Source: the human T2T-CHM13v2.0 reference genome, Homo sapiens. Taken from it: a DNA stretch of 64,000 nt. The stretch lies in NCBI RefSeq assembly GCF_009914755.1, contig NC_060933.1; one strand, written 5' to 3'. Position 1 is the first letter of the stretch. Every line of letters begins with the position of its first letter. This document shows positions 1-16,777 of the stretch, piece by piece. Below the pieces are notes generated by a model, which saw nothing but the letters and a program-made list of their open reading frames with translations, made no database searches and was not told where the DNA came from. Position numbers and translations under genes: made by a program.

Positions 1-254
1 GGAGGCTTCACAATCATGGTGGAAGGTGGAGGAGGAGCAAAGGCACATCTTACATGGTGGCAGGCAAGAGAGCTTGTGCAGGGGAACTCCCATTTATAAA
101 ACCATCAGATTTCGTGAGACTTACTATCCCAAGAACAGCACAGGAAAGACCCTCATGATTCAGTTACCTTCATCTGGCCCCGCCCTTGTACAATTCAAGG
201 TGAGATTTGAGAGTGGAGATATGAGTGATGTATGGTTTGAGCCAAACCATATCA
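1..254 (-). mobile_element. MaLR LTR (THE1C/THE1D-like), partial
   Basis: Ends in agccaaaccatatca, the reverse complement of the THE1/MST LTR start TGATATGGTTTGGCT. Contains the typical 'gagagcttgtgcaggggaactcccatttataaaaccatcagat' block. Cut by the window edge. Confidence 0.8.
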
Positions 255-1756
255 CATATCATACAATGCACTTAAACTGTATAATTGAATAGTTTTTTAG
301 TATATTCATGGATTTGTGCAATTATCACTACAAATCAGTATTAGAACATTTTTATCACTCCAAAAAGAAACATCGTATTCTTTAGAAGTCATTTCACATT
401 TTCCCCAATACTTCCAGCTATAGGCCATTTTATTTATCCATTCATCAGTTGATGGACATTTTGATTGTGTCACTTTTTGGCTAATATGGATAATGAGCTG
501 TGAACATTCATGTAAAAATTTTTGTGTGGACATGTGATTCATTTCTCTTGAGTATATCATCTGTGAATGGAATTTTTAGGCCATATGTTAATTCTGTTTA
601 TCCTTTTGAGGAACTGATGCATTGTTTTCCAAAGTGGCTTTATCTTTTTATATTCCCACCAGCAATGTGTGAGATTTCCAATTTCACCACACCATTACTA
701 GCGCATATTATTGTCTTTTTTATTATAGCCACCCTAGTGGGTGTGAAGTGGCATCTCACTGTGGTTTTGATGTACATCTGAGTATCTTTTTTGTGCTTGT
801 TAGGTATTTGTATATCTTCTTTGGGAAAATATCTAGTCAGATCATTTGCCCATTTTCAATTTATATTTTGTTTTAGTGTTGAGTTGTAAAATTCTTTTCA
901 TATTTTGGATACTAGAATCTTACCAGACTTAATGATTTGCAGATATTTTCTTCCATTCTGTAAGTTTTTTTTTTCACTGATAGTGCCCTTAGAAGCACAA
1001 ACTGGTAAAATTTTGTTGAAGGCCGGGCACAGTGGCTCACACCTATAATCCCAGCACTTTGGGAAGCTGAGGTGGGCAGATCACCTGAGGTCAGGAGTTT
1101 GAGACCAGACTAGCCAACATGGTGAAACCCCATCTCTACTAAAAATATAAAAATTAGTTGTGCGCGCCTGTAATCCCAGCTACTCAGGAGGCTGAGGCAG
1201 TAGAATCACTTGAACCAGGGAGGCAGAGGCTGCAGTGAGATGAGATTGTGCCACTGCACTCAAGCCTGGGCAACAGAGAAAGACTCTGTCTCAAAAAACA
1301 AAAAACAAAAAACACACATTTTTTTTATGAGTCCAATTTACCTATTTTCTCTTTTATTATGTATTCTTTGTGTGTCATAGCTAAGAAACCGTTGCCAAAT
1401 CTAAGGTCATGAAGATTTACCTCTATATTTTCTTCAAGAGTTTTATAGTTTTAGCTCTTGTATTTAGTTTTTATGATCTGTTTTGAGTTAAATTTTGTGT
1501 ATGGTATGACGAACAGTCCAAGTTTTCTCATGTGGATATATAGTTGTCTGAGCACTATTTATTGTAAAAACCGTTCTTTTCCTTTGTGAATTGCCTTTAC
1601 AATCTTGTCAAAAATCAGTTGACTGTAAATTTGAGGGTTTATTTCTAGATTCTCAATTTTATTCCATCCATATGTGTGCCTGTCCTTATGCTATTACCAT
1701 TACGTCTTAATTGTTGTAGCATTGTAGTTAGTTTTGAAATCAAGACGTGTGACTCT
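255..1756 (-). mobile_element. Old L1M (L1MA/MB-type) 3' portion; host of an Alu and of the L1P at 1757
   Basis: T-rich antisense L1 3'UTR/ORF2-end sequence. ORF 306..560(-) shows the degenerate 'KCPSTDEWINKM' L1 ORF2 C-terminal motif. Confidence 0.7.
1021..1312 (+). mobile_element. AluS (Sx/Sz-like)
   Basis: GGCCGGGCACAGTGGCTCAC start, dimeric structure with central A-linker, A-rich tail. Confidence 0.92.
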
Positions 1757-4700
1757 GGTAGGATCCAAGATGGCTGATTAGAAGCAGCTGTGGTCCATGG
1801 CACTCATGGAGAGAAGTGAAAAGGGGCAAGTGAATTCAGCACCTTCAACTGAAATAGCCAAGTTCTTGCATTGGGACTGTCTAGGCAGACAGCTTAACCC
1901 ATGGAGAAGGAAGAAAAGCAGTGGGGTGGGGGACCATGGCCCACCTGGGAGCAGCATGGGGCCAAAGGAACCCCCATTGCCAGCCAAGGGAAGCAGTGAG
2001 TGATTATGCAACCTTGCCCAGGGAACCACGCTTTTCTCATGGACCTTTGCGACCCGTAGATCAGGAAATCCCATCGTGAGCCCATGCCACCAGGGTCTTG
2101 GGTCCAATACACACAGCTGTGTGGAGTTTTGGCAGAGCAGCTGCTCAGTCATACACAGAGACCCAGGAGTTTATATACTCTGGCCCTGGAGTCCTTAGCA
2201 AGTGAGGAAATCCATCCGTACATATTCCTAGGAAGAGGGCTGAATCCAGGGAACCAAGCAGCATTGTGCTGCAGGCCCCACTTCCATGGCATCTCATAAT
2301 TTAAGACCCACTGGCTTGGGTTCCAGCCTGCCAACAGCAATAGGCTGGAATATGTCTGAGACAGGTCTTGAGTTCCTGGGGGGAGGGGCGGCTGGCATCT
2401 ATGCAGTTTGGTAGACTCAGCCGTTCCAGCCTGCCAGCTTTGGAGAATACAAACAGTCCAGATGAGGAAGGGTCCCCCACAATGCAGCACAGCTGCCTTG
2501 GCAGATCATGGCCAGACTGCTTCTTTAAGCAGGACCCTGATTCATTCCTCCTCACTGGGCAGGACCTTCCTGTGGGGCCTTTAGCCACTTCAGAAGGGTT
2601 CTATTGGGACGTAGCTCTCAGGGGGAGGAGTGGCCGCCATTTTTGTGGTTTGGTAGACTCAGCTGCTGTAGTCTGCTGGCTTTGGAGAATACAAATGTTA
2701 CAGATGAGAAAGAGTTTCCCCACAATGCAGCACAGCTGCTTTGCTAGATCATTACCAGACTGTTTTTTTAAGCCGGGCCATGATCCATTCCTCTTCACTG
2801 GAGAGGACCTCCCTACGGGGACTTCATCCATTCCAGCCAGGGTTCTCCATCTCTCCCTGGGATGGAGCTCCCAGAGGGAGGGGCAGTCACCATCTCTGTG
2901 ACTCAGTTGACTCATCCATTCTAGGCTGCCGGCTTTGGAATGCCCAAATGGTTCAGACAAGGAAGGTCTCCCCCAGTGCAGCACACCTCTACCAAAAAGC
3001 AGCCAGACTGCTTTTTTAAGCGGGTCCCTGATCCTGTTCCTCCTGACTGGGTGAGACCTCCCAACAGGGATCTGTAACCACCTCCTACAGGTGTGTTCGG
3101 TCTGGCAGCAGGTCAGAACCCACCTGGGGCAGAGCTTCCAGAGGAAGGAGCTGGCTGCCATCTTTGCTGTTTCATAGCCATCACTGATGATACCTCCAGG
3201 TTTGGGAAAAACCAAGGTAACAAGGGTCTGGAGTGGACCCTCAGCAAACCGCAGCAACCCTGTGGTAGACTGGCCTGACTGTTAAAAACAAACAGAAAAC
3301 AACAACAACATAAACAAAAAAGGCCCCACAAAAACCCCATTCAGAAGTCAGCAACTTCAAAGATCAAAGGTAGATAAGCCCACAAAGATGAGAAAGAATG
3401 CAAAAATGGTGAAAACTCAAAAAGCCAGAGTGCCTCTTCTCCCCAAAATGATTGCAACATCTCTGCAGCAAGGGCATGGAACTAGGCTGAGGCTGAGATG
3501 CCTGACTTGACAAAAGTAGGCTTCAGAAGGTGAGTAATAATGAGCTTCACTGAGCTAAAGGGGCATGTTCTAACCCAATGGAAAGAAGCTAAGAATCATG
3601 ATAAAACGATAAAGGAGCTGATAGCTAGAATAGCCAGTTTAGAGAGGAACATAATTGACCTGATGGAACTGGAAAACACAACATGAGAACTTCACAATGC
3701 AATCACGAGTATCAACAGCAGAATACATGAAGCAGAGGAAAGCAGCTCAGAGCTTGAAGACTATCTTTCTGAAATAAGACAGGCAGACAAAAATAGAGAA
3801 AAAATAATGAAAAAGAATGAACAAAATCTCTGAGAAATAGGGGATTATGTAAAGAGACAGAACCTATGATTGGAGTACTTGAAAGAGACGAGGAGAATGG
3901 AACCAAGTTGGAAAACATACTTCAGGATATCATCCAGGAGAACTTCCCCCACCTAACAAGACAAGCCAACATTCAAGTTCAGGAAATCCAGGGAACCCAG
4001 TTAGATACTCCATGAGAAGTTCAACCCCAAGACACATAATCATCAGATTCTCCAAGGTCGAAATGAAAGAAAAAATGTTAAGGGCAGCCAGAGAGAAAAA
4101 CCAGGTCACCATCAAAGGGAAACCCAGCAGACTAACAGTGGACCTCTCAGTGGAAACCCTACGAGCCAGAAGAGATTGGGGGCCAATATTCAATATTCTT
4201 AAAGAAAAGAATTTCCAACCCAGAATTTCATATCCAGCCAAACTAAGCTTCATAATTGAAGGAGAAATAAGATCCTTTTCAGACAAGCAAATGCCGAGGG
4301 AATTCATGACCACCAGGCCTGCTTTGCAAGAGCTCCTGAAGGAAGCACTAAATATGGAAAGGAAAAACCATTACCAGCCATTACAAAAACACACTGAAGC
4401 ACAGACCAGTGACACTATGAAGCAACCATATAAACAAGTCTGCAAAATAACCAGCTAGCATCATGATGATAGGATCAAATTTACATAACAACAATACTAA
4501 CCTTAAATATAAATGGGCTAGAGGCCCCAATTTAAAGACACAGAATGGCAGGCTGGATAAAGAGCCAAGACCCATCAGTATTCTGTCTTCAAGAAACCCA
4601 TATTCCATGCAAAGACACACATAGGCTCAAAATAAAGGGATGGAGGAAAATTTACCAAGCAAATGGAAAACAGAGAAAAGCAGGGTTGCAATCCTAGTTT

Positions 4701-6165
4701 CAGACAAAACAGACTTTAAAACTAATGAAGGTAAAAAAAGACAAAGAAGTGCATTGCATAATGGTAAAGGATTCTAAATATATATGAACCCAATACAGGA
4801 GCACCCAGATTCATAAAGCAAGTCCTTAGAGATCTACAAAGGGACCTAGACTTCCACACAATAATAGTGGGAGACTTTAACACCCTACTGACAATATTAG
4901 ATCATTGAGACAGAAAATTAACAGAGATATTCAGGACCTGACCTCAGCTCTGGATCAAGCAGAGCTGATAGATATCTACGGAACTCTCCACTCAAAAGCA
5001 ACAGAATGTACATTCTTCTCATTGCCACACAGCACTTAATATAAAACTGACCACATAATTGGAAGTAAAACACTCCTCAGCAAATGTAAAAGAACTGAAA
5101 TAATAACAGTCTCTCAGACCACAGATCAAATTAGAACTCAAGACTAATAAATGCACTCAAAACCAGACAACTTCATGGAAATTGAACAACCTGCTCCTGA
5201 ACGACTCTTGGGTAATTAATGAAATTAAGGCAGAAATCAAGAAGTTGTTTGAAACTAATGAGAACAAAGAGACAGCATACCAGAAACTCTGGGATGCAGC
5301 TAAGGCAGTGTTAAGAGGGAAATTTATAGCACTAAATGCCCACATAAAAACCTAGAAAGATCTCAAGTTAACAACCTATCACCTCAACTGAAAGAACTAG
5401 AGAACCAAGAGGAAACCCCAAAGCTAGCAGAGGACAAGAAATAATCAAGATCAGAGTTGGACTGAAGGAGATGGAGACACAAAAAGCCCTTCAAAAAAAT
5501 CAACAAATCCATGAGCTGGTTTTTGGAAAACGTTTATAAATAGACTACTAGCTAGACTAATAAAGAAAAACAGAGAAGAATCAAATAAACACAATCAGAA
5601 ATGATAACACTGACCCCACAGAAATACAAACAACCATCTATATAGAGAATACTGTACTATATACTATAAGCAGAGAATACTAGAAACACCTCTATGCAAA
5701 TAAACTAGAAAATCTAGAAGAAATGGATAAGTTCCTGGACACATACACCCTTGCAAGACTGAACCAGGAAGAAGTTGAATCTCCAGATAGACCAGTAATT
5801 AGTTCTTAAATTGAGGCAGTAATACATAGCCTACCAACCAAAAAAAGCCCAGGACCAGATGGATTCACAGCTGAATTATACCAGAGGTACAAAGAATTGC
5901 TGGTACCATTCTACTGAATCTAGTCCAAAATATTGAAAAGGAGAGACTCCTCCCTAACACACACTAGGGCCTGTCGGGGAGGTGGAGGGAGGGAGAGCAT
6001 CAGAAAAATAGCTAATGGATGCTGGGCTTAATACCTGTGTGATGGGATGATCTGTGCAGCAGTCCATCATGACACACATTTACCTGTGTAACAAACCTGC
6101 ACATCCTGTACATGTACCCCGATGTTAAATAAAAGTTGAAGAATGAAGAAAAATAGATAATAAAA
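1757..6165 (+). mobile_element. Older primate L1P (L1PA8-13-like), 5'-complete with a large internal ORF2 deletion
   Basis: Starts GGATCCAAGATGGC. 5'UTR has internal repeats. ORF1 remnant (4012..4458 'RSSTPRHIIIRFSKVEMKEK') and ORF2 endonuclease remnant, then a jump to the 3'UTR at about 5958. AATAAA and A-tail. TSD aagacgtgtgactct (1742-1756) / aagaagtgtgactcc (6166-6180). Confidence 0.88.
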
Positions 6166-6180
6166 AAGAAGTGTGACTCC

Positions 6181-7150
<970 letters not shown>

Positions 7151-7577
7151 GGTGGGAGCTGTATTATTTTTGAGTTTCTAACTTTAATCTTTAAAGAAAA
7201 TGAATGTGTATTATGGGTTTGGTAAGAATAAATAGCACTGGTATCTTACATTTTCTTGAGTTACAGCATCAATTTTTGTTCATAGTCTAATTTGTGGAAT
7301 AAAAATGATAATTTTTCTTACAATTGTTGCTGGATGTAAAGTTCTGTATTTTAACACCCAAACTTAAACACCATACTGCAATGTAATAATAATAAAGATA
7401 TTTAAAAATAGGAAAACGTACAATGTTGAACATCTCTTATAATATTTCTCAACATTTTCCTAATTATAAAGTATATCCACCAGTTTCTAAATAGAATATT
7501 CATTTTTAACTAATTCATTTGCCTAAATCCCATTTAGATTTTACTGATACTGATAATATATTTGATAATCATAATGA

Positions 7578-8245
7578 TTTTTTTATCTTTTAAATTTTAT
7601 TTCAATAGTTTTTGGGGGACAGGTGTTTTTTTGGTTACATGGATAAGTTCTTTAGTGCTAATTTCTGAGTTTGGTACACCTGTCACCTGAGCGGTGTATA
7701 CTGTACCCAATGTGTAGTCTTTTGTCCTTCATCTCTCTCCCACCCTTCCCCCCAAGTCCTCAAAGTTCATTGTATCATTCTTATGCCCTTGCATCCTCAC
7801 AGCTTAGCTCCCACTTATAGAGAACATATGATATTTGGCTTTTCATTTCTGAGTTACTTCACTTAGAATAATGGTCTTCAACTCCATCCAGGTTGCTGCA
7901 AATGCCATTATTTTATTATTTTGTTCCTTTTTATGGCTGATTAGTATTCCATGGTGTATACATACCACATTTTCTTTATCTACTTGTTGGTTGATGGGCA
8001 TTTAGGCTGGTTCCATATTTTTGCAATTGCTAATTGTGCTATAAACATGAGTTTGCAAGTGTCTTTTTCATATAATGACTTCTTTTACTTTGTGGAGATA
8101 CCCAGTTGTGGGATTACTGGATCAAATGGTAGTTCTACTTTTAGTTCTTTGAAGAATCTCCATACTGTTTTCCATAGTGATTGTACTAGTTTATATTCCC
8201 ACCAGCAGTGTAAAAGTGTTCCCTTTTCAACACATCTACACCAAT
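7578..8245 (-). mobile_element. L1PB-type 3' end, 5'-truncated
   Basis: Poly-T followed by 'ggttacatggataagttctttagtg...' (L1PB 3'UTR, antisense) and the antisense ORF2 end. Confidence 0.75.
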
Positions 8246-8289
8246 ATTTTAAAAATATTTAAAAATAAAAATTATTTGAAAAAACACTG

Positions 8290-8550
8290 AGAAGTGTGGG
8301 TTATCTATTGGCTGCTCAGTAAAAGGAGTAATTGTGAAATAGAGCTGTTGTGAAATAAAGCATAAGGAACGGTAAAGAATGACTAAAACTGAAAAGAGGC
8401 TGTTGGGTTTCGAAATTAAGAGATACTTGGTGACCTTAGTAAAAGCAATTTCAGTGGACTGGTAAGGGATAGAAAAATGATTGTAATCAATTGAGGTGAA
8501 TAAAAAAGTGAAGATGAAGAGTATAAACTATTTTAAAGGGATTTGGAGGG
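8290..8550 (-). mobile_element. L2 fragment
   Basis: Purine-rich degenerate 'ttggtgaccttagtaaaagcaatttcagtggactgg' motif typical of antisense L2. Confidence 0.5.
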
Positions 8551-8890
8551 AGTATAAACAGGAATAAAACTTGGGAGAGCAGTTTGGCAATATCTGACAA
8601 GGTTGAAGATCCACGTATCTTGTGACTTGTTAACTCTATTTTTAGGTATAACCAACAGCAGTGTTTCCCAAGGTATGGTACGGGGCACAACTTTATCAGA
8701 ACCACTTTAAAAAAATTCTTTAGCAGATGCTATTCAAATCGGCGGCAGGGCCAGTGGTTGTGCTGAGACTCGCCACTGCCCAGGCCGCTGGGCCTGAGTG
8801 TTGCCTTCGCTGCCATGGACGCCAGTGGGCACTGACAGACCTATGGAGAGTTGGGGTGTGCCTCCCAGGCCTTATCTGGCCACCAAACTG

Positions 8891-9051
8891 GAATGCCCTT
8901 CAGGCGGGCATGTATTATTCGTCCTACTTTACCAGTGTGGACACTGAGGCTCACAGACGTTAAATCCTTCTAAAGACACATCTACAGCAAGTGGCAGAGC
9001 TAGAATTCAGATCTTCCTGGTATGGCGATCTTACATGGATTCTGCTACTTA
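8891..9051 (-). mobile_element. MIR-derived 161-nt segment at the DEPDC1 exon 1/2 junction of the retrocopy
   Basis: 'attattcgtcctactttaccagtgtggacactgaggctcacagacgttaa...aagtggcagagctagaattc' resembles the antisense MIR core. Sits exactly between the codons for ...TKL and WNE... Confidence 0.75.
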
Positions 9052-12000
9052 TGGAATGAAATTACCACATCTTTTCGAGCAGGAATGCCTCTAAGAAAAC
9101 ACAGACAACACTTTAAAAAATATGGCAGTTGTTTCACAGCAGGAGAAGCAGTGGATTGGCTTTATGACCTATTAAGAAATAATAACAGTTTTGGTCCTAA
9201 AGTTACAAGACAACAGACTATCCAACTGTTGAGGAAATTTCTTAAGAATCATGTAATTGAAGATATCAAAGGCAGGTGGGGATCAGAAAATGTTGATGGT
9301 ACTAACCAGCTCTTCAGATTTCCTGCAACTTAGCCATTTAAAACTCTGCCACGAAGACATCCAGAATTGAGAAAAAACAACATAGAGAACTTTTCCAAAG
9401 ATAAAGATAGTATTTTTAAATGATGAAACTTATCTCATAGAACTCCTAAAAAGCATGGATTACATTTATCTCAGGAAAATTCCGAGAAAATAAAGCATGA
9501 AATAATCAATGAAGATCAAGAAAATGCAGTTGATAATAGAAAACTAAGCCAGGAAGATGTTGAAGAAATTTGGAGATATGTTATTCTGATCTACCTGCAA
9601 ACCATTTTAGGTGTGCCATCCCTAGAAGAAGTCATAAATCCAAAACAAGTAATTCCCCAATATATAATGTACAACATGGCCAATACAAGTAAACATGGAG
9701 TAGTTACACTACAAAACAAATCAGATGACCTCCCTCACTGGGTATTATCTGCCATGAAGTGCCTAGCAAATTGGCCAAGAAGTGATGATACGAATAATCC
9801 AACTTATGTTGGATTTGAACAAGATATATTCAGCACAATCACAGATTATTTTCTAGATCTCCTTGAACCTCTCCTTACTTTTGAATATTATGAATTATTT
9901 GTGAACATTTTGGTTGTTTGTGGCTATGTCATAGTTTCAGATAGATCCAGTGGGATACATAGAATCCAAGATGATCCACAGTCTTAAAAATTCCTTCACA
10001 ATTTGAATTCCTTCAAATCAATGGAGTGCCTTCTTCTCAGTCTGCTTCATAGAGAAAAAAGAAGAATAAGATTCTACTGAGAGACTACGGATAAGCAATC
10101 CAGGATTTCAAGAAAGATGTGCTAAGAAAATGCAGCTAGTTAATTTAAGAAACAGAGGAGTGAGTGCTAATGACATAATGGGAGGAAGCTGTCATAATTT
10201 AATAGGGTTAAGTGGTATGCATGATCTGTCCTCTAATAGCAAACCAAGTTGCTGTTCTTTGGAAGGAATTGTAGATGTGTCAGGGAATTCAAGTAAAGAG
10301 GCATCCAGTGTAAAGAGGCATCAATCTTTTCCAAACATAGAAGGACAAAATACTAAACTGTTTTTAGAGTCTAAGCCCAAACAGGAATTCCTGTTGAATC
10401 TTCATTCAGAGGAAAATATTCAAAAGCCATTCCGTGCTGGTTTTAAGAGAACCACTACTTTGACTGCTCAAGACCAAGAGGAGTTGTGTAATGGGAAATG
10501 CAAGTCAAAACAGCTTTGTAGGTCTCAGAGTTTGCTTTTAAGAAGTAGTACAAGAAGGAATAGTTGTATCAACACACCAGTGGCTGAAATGATCATGAAA
10601 CCAAATGTTGGACAAAGCAGCACAAGTGTGCAAACAGCTATGCAAAGTGAACTCGGAGAGTCTAGTGCTGCAATCAATAAAAGACTCTGCAAAAGTTCAA
10701 TAGAATTTTCAGAAAATTCTTTACTTCCAGCTTCTTCTGTGTTGACTGGTACACGAAGTTTGCTGCAACCTCATTTAGAGAGGGTTGCCATCGATGCACT
10801 ACAATTGTGTCGTTTGTTACTTCCGCCACCAAATTGTAGAAAGCTTCAACTTTTAATGCGTATGATTTCCCAAATGAGTCAAAATGTTGATATGTCCAAA
10901 CTTCATGATGCAATGGGCATGAAATCACCGATGATACATACCTTTTCTCGATGTGTGCTATGCTGTGCTGAAAAAGTGGATCTTGATAAGCTTCTGGCTG
11001 GAAGATTAGTTTCTTTCTTACTGGATCATCATCAGGAAATTCTTCAAGTACCAACTTATTTACAGACTGCAGTGGAAAAACATCTTGAATACTTAAAAAA
11101 GGGACATATTGAAAATCCTGGAGATGGACTATTTGTTCCTTTGCCAACTTATTCATACTGTAAGCAGATTAGTGCTCAGGACTTTGAAAAGCAAAAAGTT
11201 TCTACCTCTCAAGCTGCAGTTACAGAACTTATAGAAAATGTTATTAAAAACAAGAGTTTACCTCTAAAGGAGAAAAGAAAAAAACTAAAACAGTTTCAGA
11301 AGGAATACCCCTTGATATATCAGAAAAGATTTCCAACCACGGAGATTGAAGCAGCACTTTTTGGTGACAAACCTACAATCAAGCAACCAATGCTGATTTT
11401 AAGAAAACCAAAGTTTTGTAGTCTAAGATACTAACTGAATTAAAAATTATGTAATACTTGTGGAACTTTGATAAATGAAGCCATATCTGAGAATGTAGCT
11501 AATCAAAAGGAAGTCTGTTATTAATAAGGTATTTCTAAATAAGCACATTATGTAAGGAAGTACCAAAATAGTTGTTTATCAATGTGAGACTCCTAGGAGA
11601 CTAACTAGATCTCAACTGAGAACACGTAACAATAGGTGATACCAAATACTTTTTGTTTTTAACACAGCTATCCAGTAAGGCTATCATGATATGTGCTAAA
11701 ATTTTATTTGCTTGAATTTTCAAAATTGAGCTATGTTCATCAAGATTAAACTATAATTCTGTTTTTAAAAGAAAATTTATCTGCATATGTGCAAGTTCTG
11801 AGATATTAGCTAATGAATTAGTTGTTTGGGGTTACTTCTTTGTTTCTAAGTATAAGAATGTGAAGAATATTTGAAAACTCAGTGAGATAATTCTCAGCTG
11901 CCAAATGTTGCACTCTTTTGTATATTCTTTTTCCACTTTTGATCTATTTATATATATGTATGTGTTTTTAAAATATGTGTATATTTTATCAGATTTGGTT

Positions 12001-12351
12001 TTGCCTTAAATATTATCCCCAACTGCTTCAGTCATTCATTTGTTTAATATATATATGTTTTGAATTCTAATTTGCATAATCTATTAGAAGATGGGGACGT
12101 AAAAGAAGTATAAGGCAATCATATATTCATTTAAAAGATACTTATTTAGCAACTGCTATGTGCCTTTCATTGTTCCAGATATGCGGAGACAGTGATAAAT
12201 AAAACATATAATCTCTTCTGTAAGGTATTTATTTTTAATCAAGGGAGATACACCTATCAGATGCTTAAAATAACAACATTACCTACTGCAATCAGGGCAT
12301 ATAGAATCATTCAGCCTAAGACTGACTTCTATGATGATGGAACAGGTCTCT

Positions 12352-12530
12352 AAGCTAGTGGTTTTCAAATTGGTGCACATTAGACTCACCCGAGGAGTTT
12401 TAAAACAGCCTATATGCCCAGGGCCTAACTTATACTAATTAAATCTGAATTTTAGGGATGTTGTCTAGGGATTAGTATTTCTTTTAATCTAGGTGATTCC
12501 AGTATTCAGCCAACTGTGAGAATCAATGTC
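12352..12530. mobile_element. MER5-like hAT DNA transposon fossil carried in the DEPDC1 3'UTR
   Basis: 'tagtggttttcaaa ... tgagaatcaatg' termini with internal 'attaaatctgaattttaggg...aggtgattcc'. Confidence 0.55.
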
Positions 12531-12926
12531 CTAAATGCTTTTTATAAACATTTTTATAAGTGTCAAGATAGTGGCACATTGACTTTATTTTTTCATTAGA
12601 AGAAAATGCTTGCCGAGTATAAATGCCTCTCATCTTAAAACAAGGTTCTTCAGGTTTCTGCTTGATCGACTTGGTACAAACTTGAAGCAAGTCGCCTTCT
12701 ATTTTTTACTCCAAGGTTGTTTAATATCTATTCCTTAAGTGTAAAGAAATATATAATGCCTGGGTTGCAATAAAATCTTAATGTTTAATGACTATTCTCA
12801 TTTCTCAATATAATTTCATAATATTTCTCTATAAAGTGATAGTGTTCCATTTAACATTACTGATTTTTATTAAAAATCTGGACAGAAAATTATAAATATG
12901 ACTTTATCCTAGAAACTGGCTATAAA

Positions 12927-15773
<2,847 letters not shown>

Positions 15774-16325
15774 AGAAACTGGCTATAAAATTATTGGACC
15801 AAATTGAATTCTTTCTAAGGCATTTGTATGCTGAAACTTTTTTTGTTTATAGATTTGTAAAATGTGGATTATTTTGCAAATTGAGATTAAAATTATTTGG
15901 GGTTTAGTTACAATTTAAAAAATGCTTTAGCAAAGTAGCATTTAATATTTATTGACGAAATCATTAGAAATGAGCTCCTTTAAAAATTTTTAAAAGTCAA
16001 CTTTTTAGAAGTATAATTTATGCATATTAAACTATATTCATGGATAATAAAGTACATTCAGTCTAGGAGTACATTTTGATGAGTTTTGACAAATTTGTAT
16101 ACCTGTGTAACTACTACCACAGTCAATGTATGAAACATTTCTATCACTTTGGAGCATTTCCTTGTACCTTACTCTAGTAAATCCCAGCCACTACCCATAG
16201 CCCCAGTATACCATTTATCCACTTTATATCACTACAGATTAGTGTTTTCTGTAGTTTCATATGGAGTCATATAGTATGTACTCATTTTGTTTTTGAGATT
16301 TATCCATGTAATTACATATTCCTGA

Positions 16326-16777
<452 letters not shown>

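Noticed and set aside
1778-3340. GC-rich ORF cluster (up to 218 aa) suggesting a gene
   Set aside because: Lies within the repetitive 5'UTR of an L1P element, and the peptide repeats mirror the DNA repeats.
10674-11156. 160-aa antisense ORF
   Set aside because: Shadow ORF opposite the DEPDC1 coding remnant with no independent support.
9022-11434. Functional DEPDC1 gene
   Set aside because: Intronless, TSD-flanked, multiple premature stops and an L1 insertion: a processed pseudogene.
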